This document shows positions 38,241-48,761 of a stretch of DNA of 64,000 nucleotides, one piece after another. A program made the translations under genes and the position numbers. The notes beneath the pieces were generated by a model, which did no database searches, was not told the origin of the DNA, and saw only the letters and a program-made list of their open reading frames with translations. Source of the stretch: a bacterium. Lineage in GTDB: Bacteria; Patescibacteriota; Patescibacteriia; Patescibacteriales; GWE2-39-37. Each line of letters starts with the position of its first letter. Within the stretch, counting starts at the first letter, position 1. Location: contig JBAWWA010000001.1 in NCBI GenBank assembly GCA_037146995.1, positions 9,072 to 73,071 on the forward strand, read 5' to 3'.

Positions 38241-41115
38241 CGTCAGTAGGGGTCACAATTCCACTTTCATTACCTTGGAAGTCAACTGAAGTGACGAGAT
38301 ATTGAGTACTGGCATCAGGATTTCCTGCCCAATCAATATACTTAAAACTTCCTGAATTAGTATAATCTGAAGTGGCTGGAATTGAAGCAATGCGTCTTTG
38401 CTGAACGGCTGTTGGCAAAGATCCATCAGAAGCGTAAATGTTGTAATACCTGATCAGCTCTTTATTGGCTGGAGCATTCCAATTAATTGTATATTGCATT
38501 CCTGCATTATGTACAAATGCAATATTCATTGGAGCATCAGGACTTATTGGAAAGAAAGTTGTCCTCCCTCCTGGATCAGCTGGATAAGAGTTTTGTTCAA
38601 TATTTTCAATGATATTTCCATTATTGTCAGTTGCCACTTTCCAAGTATTAGAAAGTGTGTGACTTTCAAGACCTGAATGTTCCAAGGATGTGATGGCATA
38701 ATACTTTGTAGTGTTGCTTGCTTGAGTAGCATTAAAATTCCATGAATTCTCTGTCCACATTCCACATTCATTAGTACCTTTGCAATTGTTGTATGCCGCA
38801 ATTCCAATAGGAGTCCAATTCAAATTATTATCACTACTCCAAATTCTGAAATCTTTAATTTCTCGAGGAGATGGAGCGCAATCCAAGGCTTCATGAGGCC
38901 AACCGCGTGTGGCATATGTTCTTGGGTAAATTCCATTTACCTCTGGAAGATTTGGGGTTGGACCAGTGCGCGGAGTTGTGCCAGCGTCATTTGAACAATT
39001 TAAGCCTTGATTGAAATCCCAAACTAAATTCACATTAGCACCGTTTTTACTGGCTGATTTAATTTCTGGAGCATATGGATAATATGCAACAGCCCAAAAA
39101 AGTTGAGTTTGATCATCCACCGCATTAGTGAAAGTTGAACTAAATAATATCTTAGTGCCATCAGGACTCTCGGTTGGTCTTGCATTGGCTTCGTAGGTGG
39201 TCGCGTTACCATTCTCTCTTGTGTGCACTGAGGCAATTGACCTTTGAGAATCAGGATTTCTGTAATTTTGACTAGTGACTTTATAGCCCAAATAGTTACC
39301 GGAATTCGGACCACCAGATGAAGTGCTCCAGTCAGACCAACCCTCCCAATCATGATGCGAAACAAACAGGACCGTTCTGGTGGCGCCTTCATAAAAACAA
39401 AGTTGGTTAGTTCCCAAAAAACTTCCCAGAGCATCCCAATAATTATGCGTTCTCGTGTCAGCTAATGAGGTTTCGTAATCAGCCTTATCCAAAGGATTAA
39501 GAGGATTATTATTTGATTTTGAAAATATGATATATCTGCCCCACCTATCAACAGTAAAATGACTAGGATAACCTAAGATATTCCAAGGATCTTTTAACGT
39601 TGTTGCGCCGCCTGTATACGTCACCACTGGCTCAATTTCGCCTCCCCAAGAGTATGGCACTGAGTGATCGGGTGCATGTGTCGGTTCTCCGTTGGGACCA
39701 CTGCCAGTTGTTCTAGCTCTCCACCAATCACCACTCGTATTTTCTGGCATTAGGTAATACCAAATACCATCTTCACCATTAGTGGCTCCTGCCAAAAATT
39801 GATCATGATAATTAGCCCAATTTCTAACAGCATTCGAAGCAACAGTTTCAGTCCCATTCTCAACAGCCGTGATAATATACCAATAAATAACTCCAGTACT
39901 TATTCCAGCGTGCACAAATGGTGAAGTTACGTCGGAAATCAATGTTCCATTTGCTTTTGTTATACTGCCACTGTTAGCCCAATACACATTATACGTTGTG
40001 CCAGCTGGATAATACCTATAAATTATAGGCATTGTAGTGGGCGTGCCAGTGCCTGCAGCTAGGTATGTAAATGTTAATGAATCAACAACAGTAACTGAAA
40101 CATTATCTGCATTATATCCAGCGATATTAGCATTAGTTGTTTTTATTAAATCGCCATCGGTCAAATTATGAGCAGTTTTAGTAATAACAGTAACAACTGC
40201 ACCATTGCCAGAAACAGAATTAATGTCAGCCGCTTTTAATCTGAGTGCCGAATTTGACCATGCTACAGTATTTTGTCCAGCAGCAGATGTTAATGATGGC
40301 GTTGGTACAGCATAAATTTCACTAGTTCCACCATCTGGACCCTTGCCCCAATACCAATCATAATCCAACATGGTTGAATAACCATTAGCAGAATCTAATG
40401 CTTTTGCTGATTCAGGATAAACAGAAGCTGGATAAAATTTATCATTATTAGCATCTTTAATCATGATCTTTCTACCATCACCAGAAATTGATTTTCGCAA
40501 AGTTATGCGCTGATTACTACCAGGAATTGTCAGAAATGACTGACGATCGACAGTATTATCACCCACCAACATTCGATACAAAGTATCAAATCTAGTACCA
40601 GATTGCCCATCATTGGAAGCTGGTTGATACAAAACATCATCCAAAATCGGAGACCACATGGCATATAAATCCCAAGTTGGAGTTAACGCTGAAGCACCTA
40701 TTGGAGGTCTAAGATGAGATCCATCAGTATTGGTCAACATCCAACCAAGTCCAGATCCATTATAAATCCAGAAAGCGCCAGATTTTCTGACTGATTGAAA
40801 TATTAATCTATTTCCGCTGGCTGACCAGTGAGTTGTACTAATATCCTGTGTTTGGTTTTTGCCTGATGGAGTGTTGGTTAATTTCCAAACTTCGCTACCA
40901 TATAAAACGTCTTTATATGACAAGGTTTCTGGTTGCCAAATATAAGCATTACTAGGGTCCTCCAAAATTGTATTGTCCCAAATAACACTTGCATGTCTGG
41001 ACTTGCGAGCAACAGTTTCATCCAAATTTTCCGATGCTGCCAAGGAAAAATTTGGCCAAGCAAAAAGCATGATAATTAAAAATAATATAGTTATTTTTTT
41101 TAATATTTGCATCAT
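38200..41115 (-). CDS. P7: secreted beta-propeller protein (TolB/PD40-like, oligogalacturonide-lyase-like architecture) with Fn3-like modules; C-terminal tag TDVIAPSAPSGLSVL
   Basis: 971-aa ORF with signal peptide LFLIIMLFAWPNFSLAA. It has propeller-type motifs (WSASGNRLIFQSVR, SPDGTKILFSSTF) and the conserved tag. Only 8 nt separate it from the P6 stop. Function tentative. Confidence 0.85.
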   Translation of the reverse strand: MMQILKKITILFLIIMLFAWPNFSLAASENLDETVARKSRHASVIWDNTILEDPSNAYIWQPETLSYKDVLYGSEVWKLTNTPSGKNQTQDISTTHWSASGNRLIFQSVRKSGAFWIYNGSGLGWMLTNTDGSHLRPPIGASALTPTWDLYAMWSPILDDVLYQPASNDGQSGTRFDTLYRMLVGDNTVDRQSFLTIPGSNQRITLRKSISGDGRKIMIKDANNDKFYPASVYPESAKALDSANGYSTMLDYDWYWGKGPDGGTSEIYAVPTPSLTSAAGQNTVAWSNSALRLKAADINSVSGNGAVVTVITKTAHNLTDGDLIKTTNANIAGYNADNVSVTVVDSLTFTYLAAGTGTPTTMPIIYRYYPAGTTYNVYWANSGSITKANGTLISDVTSPFVHAGISTGVIYWYIITAVENGTETVASNAVRNWANYHDQFLAGATNGEDGIWYYLMPENTSGDWWRARTTGSGPNGEPTHAPDHSVPYSWGGEIEPVVTYTGGATTLKDPWNILGYPSHFTVDRWGRYIIFSKSNNNPLNPLDKADYETSLADTRTHNYWDALGSFLGTNQLCFYEGATRTVLFVSHHDWEGWSDWSTSSGGPNSGNYLGYKVTSQNYRNPDSQRSIASVHTRENGNATTYEANARPTESPDGTKILFSSTFTNAVDDQTQLFWAVAYYPYAPEIKSASKNGANVNLVWDFNQGLNCSNDAGTTPRTGPTPNLPEVNGIYPRTYATRGWPHEALDCAPSPREIKDFRIWSSDNNLNWTPIGIAAYNNCKGTNECGMWTENSWNFNATQASNTTKYYAITSLEHSGLESHTLSNTWKVATDNNGNIIENIEQNSYPADPGGRTTFFPISPDAPMNIAFVHNAGMQYTINWNAPANKELIRYYNIYASDGSLPTAVQQRRIASIPATSDYTNSGSFKYIDWAGNPDASTQYLVTSVDFQGNESGIVTPTDVIAPSAPSGLSVL

Positions 41116-41123
41116 TTTTATAC

Positions 41124-43400
41124 TTATAAAACATTTAGTCCAGCTGGCGCAGATGGCGCAACAACATCAGATGAAAGTAATACTGTTTTTATTTTTTCAG
41201 CAAAATTTTTCCTAACTTGAGCAAGAGCCAATGGATCAGCTGTGAAGACTTGAACATTGGACATTATTGTTGATAGCTCAACATTGACATAGTTTTGCTC
41301 CCCTAACTGATCAAGAATATTCATATATTCATAATTCTGCATTCCATTTCTAATAAGCTTCAGCCGCAAAGATTCGAGTGGAATATCAAGACTGCCGCCA
41401 ATTTTGTCTGGGCGACCAGGATAAAAAAGTTGTCCATCACCATTTACTCCAAAATTATAGCTCGTGTCCCATGGATCAAGATTTTGAGAAGCATATTTAT
41501 TCCATGCATCTGTTACGTCATAATAAAGATCACCATGATAATCATAATATCTTGTTAACCATGGACGTATCACATTCTGCAAAGCAGTTGAATCTATCGC
41601 ACTAATATTTGCAAAATTATTATAAAAAGTTCCACCAGGATTTCCACAACCACCAGCTTCAAAACAAGCAGAATACCACCACACATCTTTCTTTGGCGTC
41701 GAAATCAAATCAATAAATGAACTGTAATTGGATTTTGTATATCTCCAATTTGGCGCCTCTGGATTATTCGCCGCTATTTCCTGCCTAGAAACAGAAACGT
41801 AGTCATCAACAAGAGATGCTGCACCAGCCGTGGTAGCATTGTCCATTCTGCCCGTAACCATTAGTGGCACATCCGAAGCAGCTGAACGCCAAGCACTGCC
41901 ATATGCAATAATCCCATTCCAAAGTGATTGATTACTGCCAGGTTCATCCATAGTATTATTGTATATATAAAAACGATCAAACCAGCCTTTTGTTTTTAAA
42001 TGAGTAACAAAATCAGCCCTAACTCGCTGCAAATATAGACTAGCATTAGCATTAGCACATCCGGCTATAGTAAAGTTTGGCTCCATTATGCTAGTAAATT
42101 TTCCTGAGAATACTGCTCCTCCAAAATATGTAGTGCCAGTACCATCCATAAATGGAGTCATATAATTATCGTAAGATGAATAGTCCATAACTAAATTACC
42201 AGTATCTTCTTCATATGAACTACAAGACACTGTCGTCACACCATTAGCATTCATATTAATTGAGCGTGACATACTAATTCTATGACGCAATCCATCGGCA
42301 ACATATAATTGATCAATATGATTATTGCGGTTCAATTTATGCCCATCTGGAATATCATTACCATAACCATAAAAAATATTCTTAAGACTTGAAGTGTCTG
42401 GCAATATAAAATTATCGACTGTCAGATTAATTGGCATTATTAAAGCCTCTTTACCATCAGCACTAATATTTATTGAACCACTATAGACGCCAGCAGAAAT
42501 ATTTTTAGGTATATATATATCTACCCACACTGGCTGATTCCTTGTTGCGGCAACATAAAAAATCCATTCATCATTCAGCGCAAAGTCTGACGATAGTCCT
42601 GCTCCAGCAAAAGAAACATTAATGCCATTACCCAAAGATATTGGAGCTATTGAGGTTGTGACACCAGCAGTAAAAGTAGCACCATTGTCAGCAGACCATT
42701 TAAATGTTGCCACCCCAACAGCTCCAGCAGAATCTATAACAACAATATATCTAGATTTAGCACTACCAGTGTATGTTCCTGAAGTAATAACCTTACCAGT
42801 TCCAATATTATGCACATATGACAATCCAGTGGCTTGTTGCATGCCATCATAGGGCCACACGAAACCAGAATCAGGAATTTTCTTTGAAATATAAAATTCA
42901 CTAGTATCCCAACCATAACCCCCAGATGGACCGTAAGTATGATCAGGTGCAGCATTAATAAAAGGATAGGCCTGTGAAATATTGTTAATTGTTGTTGGAA
43001 ATGCATTTCTTGTTTGACCATAAAAAGCATCCACCTTTGGAATCATGATATCGGGCCATTCACCAGTATCCCCTTGTCTGTTAGATGGAGTAATGACATG
43101 CATAAAACCTTCACGATAAATTGTCGAAACAAATCCACCCTGCAATGAAACGCTCACATCAACATTATTTAATGTTTCAGCTATTGGAGATATGGCAAAT
43201 TGCAATGACACTGTTTCATTTCTTGCTCCTTCAATGGCAAATGATTGCCCAGAACCTTGTCCTGCTTGTGGTCTTATTTTCACATTAGCATCAACAACCC
43301 ACCCGTTGATAGTGCCGGTAGCTCGTGCTATATTGAAAAAATTTAACGACAACAGACATATAAGAAAAAGAGAATATAATTTTATTTTATTTCTTTGCAT
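41124..43400 (-). CDS. P6: secreted DUF4091/GH123-like putative glycoside hydrolase; C-terminal tag SDVVAPSAPAGLNVL
   Basis: 758-aa ORF with a signal peptide. The C-terminal half has MDEPG, VWWYSAC, HGDLYYDVTDAW and GDGQLFYPG, resembling DUF4091-type hydrolases (from memory, tentative). It carries the conserved tag. Confidence 0.8.
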   Translation of the reverse strand: MQRNKIKLYSLFLICLLSLNFFNIARATGTINGWVVDANVKIRPQAGQGSGQSFAIEGARNETVSLQFAISPIAETLNNVDVSVSLQGGFVSTIYREGFMHVITPSNRQGDTGEWPDIMIPKVDAFYGQTRNAFPTTINNISQAYPFINAAPDHTYGPSGGYGWDTSEFYISKKIPDSGFVWPYDGMQQATGLSYVHNIGTGKVITSGTYTGSAKSRYIVVIDSAGAVGVATFKWSADNGATFTAGVTTSIAPISLGNGINVSFAGAGLSSDFALNDEWIFYVAATRNQPVWVDIYIPKNISAGVYSGSINISADGKEALIMPINLTVDNFILPDTSSLKNIFYGYGNDIPDGHKLNRNNHIDQLYVADGLRHRISMSRSINMNANGVTTVSCSSYEEDTGNLVMDYSSYDNYMTPFMDGTGTTYFGGAVFSGKFTSIMEPNFTIAGCANANASLYLQRVRADFVTHLKTKGWFDRFYIYNNTMDEPGSNQSLWNGIIAYGSAWRSAASDVPLMVTGRMDNATTAGAASLVDDYVSVSRQEIAANNPEAPNWRYTKSNYSSFIDLISTPKKDVWWYSACFEAGGCGNPGGTFYNNFANISAIDSTALQNVIRPWLTRYYDYHGDLYYDVTDAWNKYASQNLDPWDTSYNFGVNGDGQLFYPGRPDKIGGSLDIPLESLRLKLIRNGMQNYEYMNILDQLGEQNYVNVELSTIMSNVQVFTADPLALAQVRKNFAEKIKTVLLSSDVVAPSAPAGLNVL

Positions 43401-43406
43401 GAGTTA

Positions 43407-43415
43407 GTTATAACA
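43407..43415 (-). promoter_or_regulatory. Extended -10-like element (TGTTATAAC) 6 nt upstream of the P6 ATG
   Basis: Minus strand reads tgttataac-taactc-ATG with no Shine-Dalgarno. Confidence 0.3.
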
Positions 43416-43462
43416 TGGAAAAATTTATTTTTGCGAGCGACTTAATTTCAAGTACAAAATTT

Positions 43463-45916
43463 TTACAACACACTCAAGCCACTTGGCGCGTTCGGTGCAA
43501 TCATGTCAGGAGCAGATGGTGTTATTGAATAATGAGATGCTCCAGCTACATTGGTAAACTCAATAATACCAGCAGCAGTTGCGGCTTGCATTATAGTAGG
43601 GCCACCGTTGATTTGAATGTTATAATTCTTATTCGGAGTTAAGCTAGTGATGATATTTTTAACTGGAGTTGAGGTTGTAGCATCATAAGTTAAATTTATA
43701 ATGTCAGCGCCATTTTGATCATCAGTAAACATGGCAATAATATTTTCTGCTGGACTCTCAATCAAGGCTCCTCTGCCACCAGTGCCGGTTATTAAGGTTG
43801 AGGTTGTTTGAGAATCAGTGAAGCCAGTTGCCTCAATGACATGCAAGAATTGGTCGTATTCCTGGGTAATGGCAGGTGTGTATTTCACTCGATAAGATCC
43901 AGAATACGGATTCGTGGTTGTAAAACTCCCCCCAGACGGCAACAAAGTTTTAACAAAGACTTTTGAGGTTCCAGTAGCTGCTGAAATGGTATTAATTCCA
44001 TCATTAGTAGGGTTTACAGTATACTGAGTATACCAATCCTTAATATTTCCCAAGACTGGATTGCTTCTGGTGACATCACTAACAACAATAAATCCTGGAA
44101 ATATATGCAAAATTGATCTGCGAAATAACAATGCACTGTCAGGATTCCATGCCCGTTTATATGCATTAGTAATGTCGCCTGAAACATATGAATAACTTGC
44201 GTTTCCCTGCTCAATGCGATCAATGGCTGGCTTAGTCAGAACTGGATTTGTTGATTGAGAATTTGCATTATTAAAAACAACCGTATTAAAGGAAACTGCT
44301 GGCGGTGAATCACCTGCCGCATTTGAATGCTCCAAAAGCTTATCAGCCCCTCTTGCCAATGAAAAATGTCCTTGACTATAGCCTTCATGGTCAGCCTGAG
44401 CGGCTATGCCTTTCATAATCGTTAAAAGATGAACCGCATTAGGATCGCTCCAACTTGAACGCGAAGTGAAAATTCCACTGCCTTTTGCAAGATATGATAA
44501 TGGCAAAGTTGATGGTGAAAGTTCGACAATATCAGACCTCAGCCAAAACATCTTATCAAACCTGTCAAAAGCATCCTGCCATGAAAAATTCTTAACCATG
44601 TATTGACCAACTTTCGATAAATTTAAATTTGGATTCAGTCGTTGTAAGGCGCCAACAAAAGGCATAGCAAAGGTGATCCTATTAACTCCCATTGGTGTAC
44701 CAGTCCAATACCCCCAATATGGCACATTCGATAAATTACCCTGAAGTCTGTGCAACATGGCATTAACCAATCCTGCTGGCCAGGTCATTGACGAAATCAA
44801 TGTATCACCAGTTCCAGTATAATAGGCATACAAACTTGGCATTAAATACATATAACCACTTCCATAATTCCAACCCTCAATAGATTCACCGCCACTTTGT
44901 GACAAATCACTTTCGAGCTCAGCAACGCCAGTTATTAACCTATTTTTAGTTTCTGACATGTAGCCCGGGATATCAGCATTGTCACCATAGAGAACAACTG
45001 GAATCAATGACATTAATGATTCATGCCCACCCTCAAAGTTATTATACATTTTTGAATAGGCATAGCCTTGTGTGCCTGCTCCACCATTAGCAGGGTTAAC
45101 ATTTGTAGCATCCCCAACGCCACCAAAATCTTCATAATATCTAATGCCATTAATCAAGACACCATTGTTATAGGCACTTCTTTTTCCTTGAATCCAGTCA
45201 TACCAACGAAGCATCATTGTTGATAAAATATCTTTATCACTTTGTGATAAAGTTTCATAAATCCAATCATAAGAAAGTGGCACGCATGACAAAAATCTTG
45301 ATGAATAACCCAACTTATATCCAATCACCGATGCTTGGCCAGGAAGTGATTCAGTTGTTGCTTTCAAAGCAGTAACCTCAGCAGAATTTACTGAAACATC
45401 AGCCAAGTCAGCCACACGAATCGCTCTTAAACCATTTGGCTCTTCACCGACATTTAAACTTTTTGCAATTCCATCAATCAACAATGTTCTTGCTCTAGCA
45501 GCATATGTGGCTGCTTTAACTAAATTTTGACCACTACCAGGTTGCTTAAGTACCTGATAAGCTAAGGCGTAATTTTTTAAATGCTCGCTAAAACCAGACA
45601 TGCGATAGCCATAATAATTTGTGCCACTCCAATTTGCAAGTCCATTGGCAATATTGCCACCATAACCAATTGTTACTGGCTGAACATTATAACCAGTATC
45701 ATTAATGTGCGTGTCACACCATACTTGTAGATCAATCCATTCAGCAGTATTAGTGTCCCTTTTCACTGCTAACCTGTTCAACTCTGCCACATCAAGCATA
45801 AGCCTTGGATGAGGACCATCTGGCAAAAAATCTGGCGCCCCATAAGCACTGGCAAAACTTGGAAACATCAAAAATAGCACCAAGAGAAAAAATAATTTTA
45901 ATATTTGTTTTTGCAT
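43463..45916 (-). CDS. P5: secreted heparinase II/III-like protein; C-terminal tag PDMIAPNAPSGLSVL
   Basis: 817-aa ORF with signal peptide FFLLVLFLMFPSFASAYG. It has YGAPDFLPDGPHPRLML, LSYDWIYETL and HEGYSQGHFS. It is the intact paralogue of the split gene 51116..53746. Confidence 0.85.
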   Translation of the reverse strand: MQKQILKLFFLLVLFLMFPSFASAYGAPDFLPDGPHPRLMLDVAELNRLAVKRDTNTAEWIDLQVWCDTHINDTGYNVQPVTIGYGGNIANGLANWSGTNYYGYRMSGFSEHLKNYALAYQVLKQPGSGQNLVKAATYAARARTLLIDGIAKSLNVGEEPNGLRAIRVADLADVSVNSAEVTALKATTESLPGQASVIGYKLGYSSRFLSCVPLSYDWIYETLSQSDKDILSTMMLRWYDWIQGKRSAYNNGVLINGIRYYEDFGGVGDATNVNPANGGAGTQGYAYSKMYNNFEGGHESLMSLIPVVLYGDNADIPGYMSETKNRLITGVAELESDLSQSGGESIEGWNYGSGYMYLMPSLYAYYTGTGDTLISSMTWPAGLVNAMLHRLQGNLSNVPYWGYWTGTPMGVNRITFAMPFVGALQRLNPNLNLSKVGQYMVKNFSWQDAFDRFDKMFWLRSDIVELSPSTLPLSYLAKGSGIFTSRSSWSDPNAVHLLTIMKGIAAQADHEGYSQGHFSLARGADKLLEHSNAAGDSPPAVSFNTVVFNNANSQSTNPVLTKPAIDRIEQGNASYSYVSGDITNAYKRAWNPDSALLFRRSILHIFPGFIVVSDVTRSNPVLGNIKDWYTQYTVNPTNDGINTISAATGTSKVFVKTLLPSGGSFTTTNPYSGSYRVKYTPAITQEYDQFLHVIEATGFTDSQTTSTLITGTGGRGALIESPAENIIAMFTDDQNGADIINLTYDATTSTPVKNIITSLTPNKNYNIQINGGPTIMQAATAAGIIEFTNVAGASHYSITPSAPDMIAPNAPSGLSVL

Positions 45917-45923
45917 GTTTCAA

Positions 45924-48746
45924 TCATAACACGGCCAACCCACTCGGTGCAGTTGGTGGCGTAACGTCAGGAGCTATCTTCGATGCAACACCCATGGCGT
46001 ATGGCTCATTCCAAAACAGTGCCGCACCTTGATAGCCGGTATTATCGCCTGGCAAGTTGAAATTCAACGAGCTTATATTTAAACTAAGATTGGCAATGCT
46101 TCTAAATTTTGCTTGAATTTGTGACCATTTAGACTGCCAAATAGACGGGAAAAGCAAATTAGCAGGATCTATGGTTGAAGCATACAGCAAAGGAAATGGT
46201 AATTGATTCCCCCCATCGGTCGAATTCGGGCTTGATAATATTCTTTCAGGGCTAACTGAATATGCCCACAAATTATTGCCAATATTATTCATCCATGGAA
46301 ATACACTTGAATGGTCTGGATATCCCATAAAATTATGATCAGCCAAGACATTAACGGTCTGCACAATCATTTCATTTATTGTCTTATCGTCAACTGATAT
46401 TGACTGATTTGACCCTCTGTAATTGATTGACTTAGAATAACTTCCTCCAATTTTTTTTAGATCTTCTAGATACCTAATAATATCTGTCTCAAAATATGCC
46501 GCCATCCAAGAAACTGGCACATGATTTTGATAAACCCAAGTTGAGGAATTACCACTTATTGGAACGTTGGTGGATTGAGTATTGTCAGTTTTCATCGTTG
46601 ATAAAAAATAACCGTTACCATTAGTCCAATCCATCGGTTCGTAATAAAGTGCCTGTGACTGTAACGATTGCAATGGGTCAACATCTGTCTTATTTGGATC
46701 GAAAACAACAATTGGTTGTGGAAATTTCCACCAATCAATACTATTTTTCATGGCCACAGTGGCAGCATCCCAGTACTTAGTATCATTAGTTGATTCAAAG
46801 GTTTTTAAAACTGTATACAATGACCATGCTTGAGCACGCTCATATTCTATGCCTTGAATCGAGTCACCTTGAAATTCAGGTACAATACGCATATCTCCTG
46901 CCAAAATTTTGCAAGTCAAAAAATCACCTTGTTCTTTTGAAACATCCAATGCACGAGGGTCGCCAGTGAGCAAGAAATATTCGTCGATTCCACCAGGCAC
47001 CACATGTCCACCTTCAGTTGCCGATCTTTCATGGTCACCACCACCATGCCAATGAATTAACCCTGCCGGACAAGTTGAATATCCAGGCCACGTTGTGTGC
47101 ATCACATCAAGATCATAATGGTGCTTCGCATAATTTTCAGACCAATTGAAATATTTTTTACGACCCAAGCGAAGATATTGTAAGATCCAACCGTGTGCAT
47201 CCTCATAGTGCTGATTAGCATAGTTGTATGGATGATTACCCATAATATAATCGCCATAATCACGTTTGCCGTAGGTTATATTATAGATAGAGCAGTTACT
47301 CCTATTCAATGAGCATGTAAATTGATTTTCAATTTGAGTATCCCAGCGACTCGAATTCGCGTCTGGAACGGAAATTAGACCAAAAACGTCAGACTGCACG
47401 TACCATGCAGGTTCAGCATAGATCAAAGGCTTTTCCTGAAAAAGCTTGAACTTTTTTACTGAAGAAGCTGAATCAGTACCAACATGAAAATTAAGAAAAA
47501 TATCATGTGTTTTGCCAACACCTGGCGCCCATGAATACATGCCGTTTATTGATTCATCTGGTTGAACAAAAATTTGCAGTAAACCCTGATCATTAATGGA
47601 TAATTTGTTTGGGAAATTTTGCCAAAAATCTCTAATGCCAGCAGTAACGCCTGTCACACCCCTATTAATATCCATCCAACCTTGAGCTTTTCCACCAACC
47701 TGATCAGGACTAACACCTCCAATAGCCCCAGTCGCAACTTGATTTCCAACCCCCGAATAATTAAACAAATATTCAAAACCACCAGCATACCCCTTGGTTA
47801 TTTCGGTATCAGTGACCGTCGCATCCTGTAAAAGATAATTGGTGCCACTTACGCTTCCAGTATAATTTGTAGCATTGCCACCAAATTCAAAAGTTGAAGT
47901 AGTGGCAACTAAGGGCAAATCCAGGTGATTACTTTTAATATCAACATATTTTGTTATTCCATTCCAATTATTTGTCGCATTAACTCTTGCGTTGTCATCA
48001 ATCCAAGTGTATTTTATTTCTACCTGACCAGAGTTTGCAAAAAATGTTAACCACATTTTAACCGTAACCAAAGTATTTTCACCAAAATTATTATTACCAG
48101 CAACAGCCTTAGCCTTACCAGTCAATAAAATTGTTGTTTTCAATGGACCTGCTTCAACAGTGTTTAATGTGTAATTTTGAGATAAAGAAGTTTTAAAGGT
48201 GTTATTAGTTAAATTGTCTAAAAACACTAAATCACCCGGTGACTGCAATTGATTAACGCCTCCAATTTTTACTTGATCAAAAATAGTAAAAGCTGTTTTG
48301 TTGACATAAAAAGTTGAAACTCCATTATCAATAACTATTTGAGATCCATTATCACTAGTGACTATCGGATTAACAACTGCAGGGGCCGTGATACCGGCCG
48401 TATTTTGATATACTATTTTATAATTTTCATAACTAGTCCCATTTGCAGCAACTGCTGGAACAAATGAAACCAACGCCACTTTCACTGAATTATCTGGCCA
48501 AGAAACCAATTTAGTAAACTGTGCCGCGACTGGATTATCATTAGAATCAACAACTCTTAAAATATTAACATCACTCAGTTGGCCAATAGCAAAAGGCACT
48601 CCTGAGCTAACAGTGTAACCAGGAGTTGACAAGGTTGTGCCGATATTTATTGTCATGGGTATTTCGCCATTAGCAGCTAAGGCAAAATTTGGTAATACAA
48701 AAATCACTACCAAAATAAAAAATAACTTTAATAATAACTGTTTCAT
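45924..48746 (-). CDS. P4: large secreted protein of unassigned catalytic fold; C-terminal tag PDVTPPTAPSGLAVL
   Basis: 940-aa ORF with signal peptide FFILVVIFVLPNFALAA. It has an N-terminal beta-rich region and a central His/Trp-rich region (HYEDAHGWILQYLRLG...HWHGGGDHERSATEGGHVVPGGIDEYFLLTGD). Conserved tag, stop TGA. No confident family. Confidence 0.8.
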   Translation of the reverse strand: MKQLLLKLFFILVVIFVLPNFALAANGEIPMTINIGTTLSTPGYTVSSGVPFAIGQLSDVNILRVVDSNDNPVAAQFTKLVSWPDNSVKVALVSFVPAVAANGTSYENYKIVYQNTAGITAPAVVNPIVTSDNGSQIVIDNGVSTFYVNKTAFTIFDQVKIGGVNQLQSPGDLVFLDNLTNNTFKTSLSQNYTLNTVEAGPLKTTILLTGKAKAVAGNNNFGENTLVTVKMWLTFFANSGQVEIKYTWIDDNARVNATNNWNGITKYVDIKSNHLDLPLVATTSTFEFGGNATNYTGSVSGTNYLLQDATVTDTEITKGYAGGFEYLFNYSGVGNQVATGAIGGVSPDQVGGKAQGWMDINRGVTGVTAGIRDFWQNFPNKLSINDQGLLQIFVQPDESINGMYSWAPGVGKTHDIFLNFHVGTDSASSVKKFKLFQEKPLIYAEPAWYVQSDVFGLISVPDANSSRWDTQIENQFTCSLNRSNCSIYNITYGKRDYGDYIMGNHPYNYANQHYEDAHGWILQYLRLGRKKYFNWSENYAKHHYDLDVMHTTWPGYSTCPAGLIHWHGGGDHERSATEGGHVVPGGIDEYFLLTGDPRALDVSKEQGDFLTCKILAGDMRIVPEFQGDSIQGIEYERAQAWSLYTVLKTFESTNDTKYWDAATVAMKNSIDWWKFPQPIVVFDPNKTDVDPLQSLQSQALYYEPMDWTNGNGYFLSTMKTDNTQSTNVPISGNSSTWVYQNHVPVSWMAAYFETDIIRYLEDLKKIGGSYSKSINYRGSNQSISVDDKTINEMIVQTVNVLADHNFMGYPDHSSVFPWMNNIGNNLWAYSVSPERILSSPNSTDGGNQLPFPLLYASTIDPANLLFPSIWQSKWSQIQAKFRSIANLSLNISSLNFNLPGDNTGYQGAALFWNEPYAMGVASKIAPDVTPPTAPSGLAVL

Positions 48747-48752
48747 TTGTTA

Positions 48753-48761
48753 ATTATAACA
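48753..48761 (-). promoter_or_regulatory. Extended -10 element (TGTTATAAT) formed by the Val-Leu-stop codons of P3, 6 nt upstream of the P4 ATG
   Basis: Minus strand reads ATT GTG TTA TAA ttaacaa ATG. The string tgttataat overlaps the GTG-TTA-TAA codons plus the next T. The intergenic gap is only 7 nt. Confidence 0.4.
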